The notes: a model not told the origin generated them from the letters alone. Shown: positions 1 through 12,265, numbered from the stretch's first letter. The stretch: DNA of 46,499 nt from Octopus sinensis (GCF_006345805.1 NW_021834640.1:1-46499); one strand, 5' to 3'. Made by a program: numbers and translations.

Positions 1-61
1 TTCTCTGGCCAAGATTTCCCACCGATATGCTACATAGATTATATTGTATACATATACACAT

Positions 62-88
62 ATAGATAGACAGACAGACAGACAGACG

Positions 89-183
<95 letters not shown>

Positions 184-212
184 GATAGATAGTAGATAAA
201 TAGATAGACAGA
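62..212. repeat. (GACA)n/(GATA)n microsatellite
   Basis: Uninterrupted GATA tetramers preceded by GACA tetramers. Confidence 0.98.
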
Positions 213-959
213 TAGTCGTCATCGTCGTTTTTTGTGTTATTGTTCGATTAATCCCAAATCTTTCCTCATCAAAAAAGCATAACAAAGATAGTCCAAATGT
301 GACCATACAGCTGTTTTTCAGACACGAAATAAACCCCTATATGTTAACAACAAAGGACATAAATTTTTCAACAAAATTCCTTTTGATTTTGGCTTTTTGT
401 GGTTTCCGCTGTTCTCTTCGTTGTTTAGTACGAAGTCATCCCTCATCGAGCGAGAATACCAAACCATTCGAGACATATTCACAGAACTCTATTTCAGACG
501 TACGCTAAAACCCATACAGTAACACCATTCCATAAAACGTTTACACTGACATAAAGCTGTTTAATTTACTCGTAATTAGGCTAAATATACACATCGAGGA
601 TATTTCCCTTCGGCTTGCAGAAAATATAACATTAACTCCATATGGTATAACTACCTTAAATAAGAAGTCTTCATGCATAGTCAGATACGTTGTCACGTTC
701 GTATATGTATGGCCACAATAGCTCTTATATATATATATATTCTTTTTCGCCTTTTGGTTTGTTTTTTTGCCTGCATATTTTGGTGTAGTTCTATTTTAGT
801 CAGCAATTTCCGTTCGAAGAAGTAAATTCACAAAATACATTAATGGCTCTTAGAAGCACTACAAAAATTTTTAGGGAGCAGTCACGCAGCAAAGGAACAT
901 TGATTTTTTTTATTTCTTTTATTTTGAAAAGTACTAAGTAAGCGATAATAGATGCGTGT

Positions 960-1250
960 GTAAGTATATTAATATATATATACCTACACACACAAACACA
1001 CACACACAGACATATATATATATATATATATATATACACCCACACAATCGTCATAGTACGTACATATATACACAAACACGCAAATTTATATATGTGCATC
1101 TGTGCGCGCGCATGTGTTTGTGTGTGTGCGCACATTATATATATATATAAATATATTATAGATATATAGATATACAGATATATATTGTATACATATACAC
1201 ATACAGAAAGACAGACAGAAAGACAGACAGACACACAGATAGATAGACAT

Positions 1251-1324
<74 letters not shown>

Positions 1325-1365
1325 CTATAGATAGATAGAGAGAGAGAGAGAAAGAGAGAGAGAGA
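960..1365. repeat. Compound (AT)n/(AC)n/(GACA)n/(GATA)n/(GA)n microsatellite
   Basis: Read directly. Explains the spurious ORFs at 800-1449. Confidence 0.95.
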
Positions 1366-1630
1366 GGTAAAAATATACACATATGCAGCTATACATATAC
1401 AGATACCGGTGCGTATATAAACTCTATTTAAGTACAAAGGCACAAGCATACAGAGATTTTAACATGACCATATGCACACATAAACACTCTAACAACTTCA
1501 AGTTGGTGCTACAGTATGGCTGCGTTCAAATGAAGGAAACAAGTCAAAGGTAAGAGATACACACACACATATATATACGTGTATGTGTGTATCTATGTAT
1601 GTATGAATCTATATATATATATATATCGTG

Positions 1631-1954
1631 GCACTTCGTCGGTTGCTACGACGAGGGTTCCAGTTGAACCGATCAACCGATCAGCCTGCTCGTGAAATGA
1701 ATGTGCAAATGGGCAAATGGCTGAGTACATCATAGATACGTGTACTCTTAATGAGAGTGTAAAATGGCTGCCGTTTTGAAATACAGGAGAAAGTTGTGAT
1801 GAAAGATTACAGCAGAGTTCGCCATTCCCACCCCTGTCGGAAACTCGCGGAGGTTTAGCTATTTTAGCTCAATAAACCACAACGCTCGGTCTGGGAAACG
1901 AAACAGCGATTCTACGACCGCGACCCATTGCCCTAACCACTGGGCCATTGTGCC
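1631..1954 (-). mobile_element. tRNA-headed SINE family B, diverged copy
   Basis: Reverse complement aligns by eye to the 16290-16684 copy: head TGGCCCAGTGGTTAGGGCA and tail CACGAGCAGGCTG...GGAACCCTCGTCGT. Confidence 0.9.
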
Positions 1955-1975
1955 ATACTATATATATACACAGAC

Positions 1976-2008
<33 letters not shown>

Positions 2009-2224
2009 TGTATGGATGGATGGATGTATGTATGTATGTATGCATGTATATATGAATATATGCATGTATACACACACATGTTATTCCCATGATGGTAACC
2101 GTACTGTGTGTAAGGTTATATATTTATAACCATATTATGAAAGGGAAATTATTTTTTGTTTAAGAAATTATCTATTAATTATTAAATAAATTATTAGTTG
2201 TTATTGTGCTTATTGATTTTACTA

Positions 2225-2275
2225 CCTTTAATGTTGCCTTCAGTATCATCATCATCATTATTATCATTATTATAA

Positions 2276-2327
<52 letters not shown>

Positions 2328-2490
2328 GTTGTTGTTGTTGTTGTTGTTGTGTTGCTGTTGTTGTTGTTATTTTATTGTTGTTGTTAATATTGACTGTGTT
2401 AATGTTACACCTATTACTATTATTATCATTAATATTGTTTGTAGTTAATATTATTATTATTATCATCATCATTATTATATTTGTTATTAC

Positions 2491-2527
<37 letters not shown>

Positions 2528-2550
2528 GTTATTATTAATTATTATTTATG
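2225..2550. repeat. (ATT)n/(ATC)n/(GTT)n tract, probably the tail of the adjacent repeat D
   Basis: Trinucleotide tract directly abutting repeat D. The same junction occurs at 19789. Confidence 0.9.
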
Positions 2551-3070
2551 ATTGAGTGAGAGAGCAGTTCATGCCATCAAAGTGACACTGGGGTAAAATA
2601 TACGAAGCCCAATATACCCATCATGACTACCCGTCTGATAAAGGTCACCAGCACATGCTCACAACCATGTGCGCGACATGGTGATTCTCATATCAAGATA
2701 AACAACACATGCCCTTGCAGGTGGGGCCCAGTAGAATTTCTTCAGTTGAGTAGCCCATCCTGCTCAAACGGTCCCTGAATAAGGGTTGCTTAGGATGTTG
2801 AACCGAAACACCCATGTTTCCAGAGGTGATTATCAAACCCCAAAGAATCCCTCTCAACACACGGATATGATGCTCCCCTACCACTTCTGCTCGTGATCAG
2901 AGATGCACATATCGTCAGTCACTAAGGGACATGCTCACTGGTTAAGGTCAAACAACTGCAAGCAAAAACCTTTGGTATTGAGCAGAATATTTGCTGTAGC
3001 CCATCTTTATACCAAGACAAAACAGTACATGATAACACTTCCAGTCAGTTAAGATCAGAAGCCAGAGAGC
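2551..3070 (-). mobile_element. Dispersed repeat D (~520 bp), probably a non-LTR retroelement with an (AAT)n tail
   Basis: Colinear copies at 19789-20270 and 20523-20712. Orientation is inferred from the tail; class is not established. Confidence 0.75.
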
Positions 3071-3098
3071 TTATTATTATTATTATTATTATTTATTA

Positions 3099-3129
<31 letters not shown>

Positions 3130-3498
3130 TTATTTTGCTAATATAATCATAATCTTTCTCATACCCTCATGGTTATCGTACCCCTCATAATCGTCGTCAT
3201 CATTATCATGATCATTAACATCATCATGCTCATCCTCCTCCTCATCATCATCATTAGCACCATCACCATCATTATTACTACCCTCTATATCATCATTCTC
3301 GTCATCATCAGTAACATTGTTATAGTTATTTCAGAACATTAGTATAATTTTTATCATCATCATCAATCACTAATTCTCCAATATTGTCGGTATTAGTAGC
3401 AGCAGCACCATTTTTTATATATTATTATTATTTTATAATTTATTATTATTATATTCTATTATTATTATTTTATATTATTATTATTATTATCAGTAGGA

Positions 3499-3552
<54 letters not shown>

Positions 3553-3660
3553 TCATATCATTATTATTAGTATTATTATCATTATTATATTATTATTATT
3601 ATCATCATTATTATATTATTATTATTATTATTGTTGTTGTTGTTGTTGTTATTTTTTCTT
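3071..3660. repeat. (ATT)n/(ATC)n low-complexity tract
   Basis: Read directly. Accounts for the N-terminal part of the 302-aa ORF at 3384-4292. Confidence 0.95.
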
Positions 3661-4034
3661 CTTATGCTTCCAATATTCTTCAACCAATAATACCGTTATT
3701 GCTCTCCCGCCAACCCCACCACCACCACTACTGCCACCGAAGCATCTTCATCAGTACCACCACCACCACCATCAACAATAACATTTTGCCAACAACAACA
3801 ACAAAAATAACGAAAACCACTACAAGACCGGCACAATCTCCATTGCAACCATCTTCACCATTACCTCTGGTAATCACCCTCATCACCTCTAAACATTATG
3901 CCGATCTCCACCGTCTACACGAACACCACAACCATCAGAACAACCTCAAGTACAACGAAATAACAAATATTATCAGGAAGATGGTACCGCAAACACTAGA
4001 AGTACCACCACCAGTTCAGCACCAAAACAAACAG

Positions 4035-4212
4035 GCGCTCTATCAGTTACGTCCACGAGGGTTCCAGTTGATCCGATCAATGGAACAGCCTGCTCGTGAA
4101 ATAAATGTGCAAGTGGCTGAGCACTCCACAGACATGTATACTCTTAACATAGTTTCCAGGGAGATTCAGCGTAATAGAGAGTGTAGTAAAGCTAGCTCTT
4201 TGAAATACTGCT
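4035..4212 (-). mobile_element. SINE-B 3' fragment
   Basis: GAGGGTTCCAGTTGATCCGATCAATGGAACAGCCTGCTCGTGAAAT matches the family-B tail. Confidence 0.85.
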
Positions 4213-4226
4213 GCTACACGTTTTTT

Positions 4227-4958
4227 TATTTCTTTATTGCCCACAAGGGGCTAAACACAGAGAGGACAAACAAGGACAGACAAAGGGATTAAGTCGATAA
4301 CTGGTACTGAATTTAGCGACCCCAGTGCGAAACTGGTACTTAATTTATTGACCTCAGTGCGTAACTGGAACAAACAAGGACAGACAAACGGTTTAAGTCG
4401 AGTATATAGACTCCAGTACGTAACTGGTACTTAATTTATTGACCCCGATGGGATGAAAGGCAAAGTCGACCTCGGCGGGATTTGAACTCAGAATGTAGCG
4501 GCAGACGAAATACCGCTAAGCATTTAGCTCGGCGTGCTAACGTTTCTTATTTCTTTATTGCCCACAAGGAACTAAACATAGAGGGGACAAACAAGGACAG
4601 ACAAAGGGATTAAGTCGATTACATCGACCCCAGTGCGTAACTGGTACTTAAGTTATCGATTCCGAAAGGATGGAAGGCAAAGTCGACCTAGACGGAATTT
4701 GAACTCAGAACGTAACGGCAAACGAAATACCAATTTCTTTACTACTCACAAGGGGCTAAACGCAGAGAGGAAAAACAAGGACAGACAAACGGATTAAGTC
4801 GATTATATGGACTCCAGTGCGTAACTGGTACTTAATTTATCGACCCCGAAAGGATGAAAGGCAAAGTCGACCTGAGCGGGATTTGAAATCAGAACCTAAC
4901 GGCAGACGAAATACCGCTAAGCATTTCGCCCGGCGTTCTAACGATTCTGCCAGCTCGC
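4227..4958 (-). mobile_element. Three head-to-tail copies of tRNA-headed SINE family C
   Basis: The tail motif TTTCTTTA..GCCCACAAGGGGCTAAAC recurs at about 4227, 4546 and 4733. Only the last copy has the full head (sense GCGAGCTGGCAGAATCGTTAG). The central GACTTTGCCTTTCATCCTTTCGGGGTCGATAAA resembles, from recall, the Meta/Sauria-type SINE domain. Confidence 0.9.
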
Positions 4959-5469
4959 TCGCAGGTGCTACACGATTTTGCCAAAGGACTAGAGCAACGT
5001 GAGATGAATTGCCTTCCTCAAGGACACAACACGTCGCCGGGAATTCAACTCACGACCACGGTAACCATCACAAGTAGTAAAACAAACGTAAGAAGTATAA
5101 TAACCTATGCTACCACCACTTCGGCAAGAACAGGAACAGAAAAATATCAAAATAGTTAAAAATTCAAGCGTCACTATCACCAACCGCTAAAATGAACTCA
5201 ATAAACTCAGACTACCACAAGCCCAATACCAACAATTACTTCAATAGGGACAACTACCACTACTACTACTATCATCAAGTTAATAACAACAACAACAACA
5301 ACAGCATCAACAACACAATGTACTACAATAATACCACCAACACGAGGAATGACAGCATGAACAACAACGATAACAAAAACAACATAGTCACAAGAAAGAT
5401 TATCACCAGAATAAGGACCATTTTAAAATAACAGCCACACCACTACAACAATAGCAATATGAGACAAGT

Positions 5470-5693
5470 CCCTTAACCCATTGGAGATCGTTAGGGCTCT
5501 GCAGTGGTGAAAAACACCTAGTGGAGCTCATCCCTCTCCAGGATAAACTTATTTCTTCAGCTGAGTGAACTGAAGCAAAATAAAATGAAGTGTTTTGCTT
5601 AAGAACACAACGAATCGCTCGGTTCAGGTTATCGAACCCACAATCTTACGGTCGTGAGTCCAACACTCTGACCACTAAGCCACGTACCTCCAC
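5470..5693 (-). mobile_element. tRNA-headed SINE family E (CORE-like)
   Basis: The sense strand begins GTGGAGGTACGTGGCTTAGTGGTCAGAG (A-box-like), then GGGTTCGATAAC (B-box-like), then GTTGTGTTCTTAAGCAAAACACTT. A related copy lies at 35905-36095. The left edge is uncertain. Confidence 0.75.
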
Positions 5694-6240
5694 GATAGGA
5701 ACAACGCGCAACAACAACCCTGTTGCAACAATAACAAAGATCACATAAAAATAATAACAACGACCGCATCACAACCTTGACGACCACCACGTCACAACAA
5801 TAACAACGACGTCACAACAATAACAGCAACCACATCAAAAGCTTAGCAAAGCCCCATCACAATAATAGAAACAAGCACAAGACAATAATAACAACATTAT
5901 AACAACAATCACAACAACCACATCATAACAATAGTAACCAACATGTCACACGAATAACAATAACCACAATACAACAATAACAAAAACCACATTACAACAA
6001 TAACAACAACTACAACGTGACAGAACAACCACAAGAGAAAAATAGCAACCACAGTATAAGAATAATAACAACCACATATGCTTGATAACAATCTCGTCAC
6101 AACAATAAGAACAACTACACCGCATCACTAACAACCACAACACAGCAGTAACCACTACTGCATCACAACGATATTAACAAGCACAGGTCAATAACAAAAC
6201 AGCAAAGTAATAACAAGTACAGCACAACAATGATAAACGT

Positions 6241-6543
6241 TGCCCGTTTCAAGTCTACCCAGGCTCATGGGCCCAGTTTCTCGGTTTCTGTGGCGTATGT
6301 GTTCCTCCCAGCTGGACGGGACGCCAGTCCATCGCAGCGTTACTCAAGAAACAGGAAGAGAGAGAGAGAGAAAAAATTGTGACGAAAGAGGACGACATGG
6401 TCGCCACCACCTCCTGTTGGAGCCTCGTAGAGCTTTTAGGTGTTTTCGCTCAATAAACACACACAACGCCCGGTCTGGGAATCGAAACCGCGATCCTCCG
6501 ACCGCGAGTCCGCTGCCCTAACCACTGGGCCATTGCGCCTCCA
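6241..6543 (-). mobile_element. SINE with a family-B tRNA head and a different (V-domain-like) body
   Basis: The head at about 6400-6543 is nearly identical to 16291-16430. The body (sense) CTGCGATGGACTGGCGTCCCGTCCAG at 6312-6337 is absent from the other B copies. Confidence 0.85.
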
Positions 6544-7539
6544 CCATCACTACAATAACATCCACAAATCAACAATAACAATCACAACACTACAATAAAA
6601 ATTAAATTTACGGTAACCTTTATCACAATACATACGGGCATTTTTAATAACAACAATATCCAAAGCATAATATAGAACAAACAACAACAGCAAACTCTAC
6701 CATCACCCCCACCACCACCACCACTACCATTTCACTGTCGACCATCATAGCTACAACCACTTCATAGCAACAAGTACCTCTACTACAATAATCGCAATTA
6801 CTACAACTGCGTCCCGGATGAACAACAACAATAACAACAACAATAATAGAACCACCAAGTCTACAAATAGAATAACACCGTTGTCCACTATCACCAATAC
6901 TACCACACAAAGAACAACAACTACTACTACTACCACTACTGTAATAATCACCAGCGGGAACAGCGTCAACAACACAACGATTGATATCTTGAATAGGAGC
7001 AACTGTAATCAAAATAATAACATTAAAACCACCACTGCCCGCACCACCACCAACATCACTGCTACTACGATACTTTTATCTACTACTACTCCAATAATAA
7101 TGCCTACCAGCGTTACTACTACCACTACCACCACACTACAGTAATAACAACTACCATGATGGCCAACAACATACAGTAAGAAGAAAGCCCATCACATCAC
7201 ACAACTACCACCGTAGCCACAACACAAGAACAACACTAACACAATAACAACCACCATGAATAGCATAGACACAATAACGGCAGCAATACTACCACCCTAG
7301 CCACAACAGTAAAACCACCAACATCACCACCATTGTTAACACCCTAGCTACAACAATAACGAAAACAACACTACCACCATAGCCACAACAGCAAAACCAC
7401 TAACATCACCACCACTACTACTAACACCCTAGCCACTACTGTCCCAGCCACAACAGCAAAACCATCACTTCCACTACAGATTCTACCGTTAAAACCAGTA
7501 CTACCAATCACACCACCACTACCACAATCACCACTACCA

Positions 7540-9345
7540 CCCCAGCCACACAACAAAACTATCACTACCATACACAACCACTAGTACCCGTACCACTACC
7601 ACTCCAGCAACAACAACAAAACTATCACTACCATCCCAACCACAACAACAAAACTATCACTAACACACACCACCACCAGTACCCGTACCACTACTACCCC
7701 AGCCACAACAACAAAACTATCACTACCACACACCACCACCAGTACCCGTACCACTACCACCCCAGCCACAACAGCAAAACTATCACTACCACACACCACC
7801 ACCAGTACCCGTTCCACTACCACCAGTACCCGTACCACTACCACCCCAGCCACAACAACAAAACTAACACTTCCATACACCACCACCAGTGCCCGTACCA
7901 CTACCACACACCACCACCAGTACCCGTACCACTACCACCCCAGCCACAACAACAAAACTAACACTACCATACACCACCACCAGTGCCCGTACCACTACCA
8001 CACACCACCACCAGTACTCGTACCACTATCACCCCAGCCACAACAACAAAACTAACACTACCATACACCACCACCAGTGCCCGTACCACTACCACACAAC
8101 ACCACCAGTACCCGTACCACTACCACCCCAGCCACAACAACAAAACTAACACTACGATAGACCACCACCAGTACCCGTACCACTACCACCCCAGCCACAA
8201 CAACAAGACTATCACTTCCATACACCACCACCAGTACCCGTACCACTACCACACACCACTACCAGTACCCGTACCACTACCACCCCAGCCACAACAACAA
8301 AACTAACACTTCCATACACCACCACCAGTGCCCGTACCACTACCACACCACCACCACAGTACCAGTACCACTACCACACAACCCACCACCACCAGTACCC
8401 GTATCACTACTACCCCAGCCACAACAACAAAACTAACACTCCATACACCCACCACTAGTGCCCGTACCATACCACCACACCAACCACCAGTGCCCGTACC
8501 ATACCACACACACCACCACCAGTACCCGTACCACTACAACCCCAGCCACAACAACAAAACTAACACTTCCATACACCACCAACAGTACCCGTACCACTAC
8601 CACACCACCACCAGTACCCGTACCACTACCACCCCAGCCACAACAACAGAACTATCACTACCACACACCACCACCAGTACCCGTACCACTACCACCCCAG
8701 CCACAACAACAAAACTAACACTTCCATACACCACCACCAGTGCCCGTACCACTACCACACACCACCACCAGTGCCCGTACCACTACCACACACCACTACC
8801 AGTACCCGTACCACTACCACCCCAGCCACAACAACAAAACTAACACTACCATACACCACCACCAGTACCCGTACCACTACCACACACCACCACCAGTACC
8901 CGTATCACTACTACCCCAGCCACAACAACAAAACTAACACTTCCATACACCACCACCAGTGCCCGTACCACTACCACACACCACCACCAGTGCCCGTACC
9001 ACTACCACACACACCACCACCAGTACCCGTACCACTACAACCCCAGCCACAACAACAAAACTAACACTTCCATACACCACCAACAGTACCCGTACCACTA
9101 CCACACCACCACCAGTACCCGTACCACTACCACCCCAGCCACAACAACAGAACTATCACTACTACACACCACCACCAGTACCCGTACCACTACCACCCCA
9201 GCCACAACAACAAAACTAACACTTCCATACACCACCACCAGTGCCCGTACCACTCCCACACACCACCACCAGTACCCGTACCACTACCACACACCACTAC
9301 CAGTACCCGTACCACTACCACCCCAGCCACAACAACAACAACTGC
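7540..9345. repeat. Minisatellite of about 20 units built from 63-bp and 31-bp modules
   Basis: The anchor CAGCC(ACAACAACAAAACT) recurs at 7847, 7941, 8035, 8129, 8192 and 8286, giving spacings of 94, 94, 94, 63 and 94 bp. Confidence 0.95.
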
Positions 9346-9489
9346 TACTACTACAACGCCCACTGTGTATCCAGCTGTACACTAACTGATACAAGCCATC
9401 AAAAGGCAACACAATGAGAAATTAATGCTGGGCGCAATTTTGAGCAACGTTATTAAAAACCTTTCATCTTATCTCACTCATCCTATCAC

Positions 9490-9612
9490 TCGCACACACC
9501 TCTCTCTCTTTCTCTCTTTCCTTCACCTCCTGTGTCTCTGTCTCTCCCTCTCTCCCGTTGTCTCTCTCCTTCTTTTTGTATCTATCTTTGTATATCTCTC
9601 TCTTTCTCTTTC

Positions 9613-9646
<34 letters not shown>

Positions 9647-9798
9647 TGGTTCTCTCTCTTTTCCTATCCGTTTACCTCTATCTCTGTATGTCTTTCTCTC
9701 CCTCCATGTGTTTCTCTCTCTCTTTCTCTCTCTCTCTTGATATCTATCACTATTTCTCTGTCTGTCTGTCTCTCTCTCTCTCTCTTCCTATCTATCAC

Positions 9799-9836
<38 letters not shown>

Positions 9837-11345
9837 TATCTATCACTATTTCTCTATGTCTCTCTCTTCCTATTTATCACTAATTCTCTCTCTCTTTCTC
9901 TCTCTCTCTTTTCCTATCTATCACTATTTCTCTGTCTGTCTGTCTCTCTCTCTCTCTCTTCCTATCTCTATCACTATTCTCTCTCTCTCTTTCTCTCTCT
10001 CTCTCTTCCTATCTATCACTATTTCCCTATGTCTCTCTCTTCCTATTTATCACTATTTCTCTCTCTCCTTCTCTCTCTCCCTTTCCTATCTATCACTATT
10101 TCTCTGTCTGTCTCTCTCTCTCTCTCTTCCTATCTATCACTATTTCTCTCTCTCTCTCCCTCTTCCTATCTATCAGTATTTCTCTATGTCTCTCTCTTCC
10201 TATTTATCAGTATTTTTGTCTCTCTTTCTCTCTCTCTTTTCCTATCTATCACTATTTCTCTGTCTGTCTGTCTCTCCCTCTTTCCCTATCTGTGTGTCTA
10301 TCTTTTTTCTATCTATCTGCTCCGTAAGTCTTTCTTCTTCTCTCTCTCTCTCTCTGTCCCTCTCTCTTTCTCAATCTATTTGTCACTATCTCCCTATGTC
10401 TGTCTCTGTTTCCCCCTGCATGTGTCTCTCTGTTTCTCAACATAGCTATCTATCTTTATCTCTGTATATTTCTCTCACACTCTTTCTCTCTCTCTAGCTT
10501 TATGTGAGTGTCTCTCACTTTTTCCATATTAGTCTGTCTATATTTCTGTCTCTCTTTCTCTATCTCTCTTTATTCTTATCTTACTTTCTCTCTCTCTCTT
10601 TTCCTTTCGTTTTCCATCCCTCATAACTAATTCCACTCTTCTCTAAAATATTCTACCTCTTCTTACTCTATCTCTCTAACCCTCTTTCACTGTTACTTCT
10701 CCAACACATCTCCCTCTTCACTGGGTTTCTCACTCACTTTGTCTGTCTCTCTCTTTCTCTCCTTCTCTCTTCCTTTTTCTCTCTGTCTGCTTTTACTCTC
10801 TCACTTTATCTCCTCCCCCCACACCTCATAACTCTTTTTGCTCTTTATCACAAATTTTCGATTTCATGTTTGCTCTTTCCCTCTTTCTTTCTCAATTCCC
10901 TCAATTCCCTCCCTTTTCTCACATTCTCTCTCTCTCTCTGTCTCTCACTCGCTCGCTCTCACTGTCTCTCTCTCTCTATTTCTTTCTCTAACTCTTTTCT
11001 TTTTGCCTGTTTCTCTCTATTTCTTTCCCTCTCTTCCTCTTTACCTCCCTCTCTCAACACGCGTTCCATATTTTATTTCAAGTTTTCTATCCCTCCTCCT
11101 CTCTCTCTCCCTCCCTCTCCCTCTCAATCCCTCTCTCCATCTCCATCTCTCCCTCCCCTTCCCTCCCTTTCTCCCCCTCCCTCCCTCTCTCTCGTACACT
11201 CTCTTTCTATTTCCTCTGATCTAATCTTCACTTTTTCACTTCGTCTGTCTCTCTCTCTCTCTTCTCTCTCTTCTTCTTTAAACTTATCAGCTGTTCCACA
11301 ATTCACCTTAAATTTTCTGTGTCTCTTCGTCTCCCTCTCCTATCT
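9490..11345. repeat. ~1.85-kb pyrimidine-rich (CT)n region with an embedded TTCCTATCTATCACTATTTCTCT minisatellite
   Basis: About 13 copies of the motif between 9740 and 10260, separated by (CT)n runs of variable length. Confidence 0.93.
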
Positions 11346-11374
11346 CTCCTTCACTATATTCATACATGTATGTG

Positions 11375-11412
<38 letters not shown>

Positions 11413-11612
11413 GTGGGTATGTCTGTTTGCAGACGAATAGTTAATAGCTCCCTCTACGCCAACAAACAAAAGTTAGTACTTAACCATTCGGAACAACAGA
11501 TTGATTAAATTAATACCAGGTTTAAGTAAGTACTGGATTCGGTAAAGCTAATGAAAATCCCAGCTCTGACAGAAACCAATGGCTGAAACCAACAAATCTG
11601 ACATAAATATGA

Positions 11613-11772
11613 TAGACGCAGCTGTGTCTGGGTTGTAATAAGGTTGTTTTGAACTTCATGCCTCCGGGTTCACTCCCATTCAGTGGTACCTTGCGCAAGT
11701 GTCTTCTATTATAACCTGGGGCCGACCTTAGCCTGGTAAATGAATTTCGTGGACGGAAACTGAAAGACCGCC
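11613..11772 (+). mobile_element. SINE family A, 5' (tRNA-like head) half, diverged
   Basis: CCGGGTTCACTCCCATTCAGTGGTACCTTGCGCAAGTGTCTTCTA...GGAAACTGAAAGA matches the family-A head. Confidence 0.85.
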
Positions 11773-11797
11773 TTACATACATATACATACATACGAC

Positions 11798-11987
11798 CGC
11801 GTGTGTACCGTTGGCGATTTTCCCCTCCGTCTTCCCTTCTTTGGATCTTTCCATTTCCTATGTTTCCGACGAAGAGCTCCGCTCGAAACGTAGAACCCTC
11901 TTTCTTTCCTGAGCGTCCAATAATACTATATTTGTTCCACGTCCTCGCGTAGTTGTGGTTTTTTGTGCTTTCTTGTTTGGATTAACT
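11798..11987 (+). mobile_element. ~190-bp hammerhead-bearing module, copy 1 (resembles a Penelope pseudo-LTR or retrozyme piece)
   Basis: Colinear with the reverse complement of 28535-28737. Confidence 0.8.
11862..11896 (+). ncRNA. Minimal type I hammerhead motif with a core substitution (CUGA to CCGA)
   Basis: GTTT-CCGACGA-A-GAGC-TCC-GCTC-GAAA-CG-TA/GAAC. Stem I is GUUU:GAAC, stem II is GAGC:GCUC, and stem III is the palindrome ACGU. Confidence 0.65.
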
Positions 11988-12175
11988 ATATATATATATA
12001 TTTCTTCATACATCTTGATCAAATATTCAATATGAGCTATATGTAGACATGCATAAATTCTATAGGTTTAAAACCTTTCATCGGATCTCCATGAATCGAA
12101 CTTTCTTCAATGCAGTTAATCTTACAACCTCTTTTGTATCTACCCCTTTTGATGTTTGGGAATTCTCTGATATTT

Positions 12176-12265
12176 TTTCGGCTGACGAGTGCGAGCCATC
12201 TGTATTCACTGCATTTTTTGTGTAGCTTATTAAAGATGTCCTCGTACGAAACGATCGTACCGAGA
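12176..12265 (+). ncRNA. Type I hammerhead ribozyme with an intact core
   Basis: Stem I TTTCGG (12176-81) : CCGAGA (12260-65). CTGACGA at 12182-88. Stem II GTGCGAG (12189-95) : CTCGTAC (12241-47). GAAA at 12248-51. Stem III within the palindrome ACGATCGT (12251-58). GUA triplet with predicted cleavage after 12259. Confidence 0.8.

Larger units (their letters stand above)
5192..7400. repeat. Cryptic (ACA/ACC/ACT)n low-complexity region, G-poor on the + strand, interrupted by SINEs
   Basis: Read directly. Confidence 0.85.

Noticed and set aside
3384-4292. 302-aa ORF as a gene
   Set aside because: It runs through (ATT)n, (ACC)n and two SINE fragments, with no domain.
7889-9219. Thr/Pro/His-rich ORFs as a mucin
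   Set aside because: The 31-bp module rotates the frame repeatedly, and no signal peptide or clear splice sites are seen.
9425-11508. Leu/Ser-rich ORFs
   Set aside because: They are translations of (CT)n tracts.
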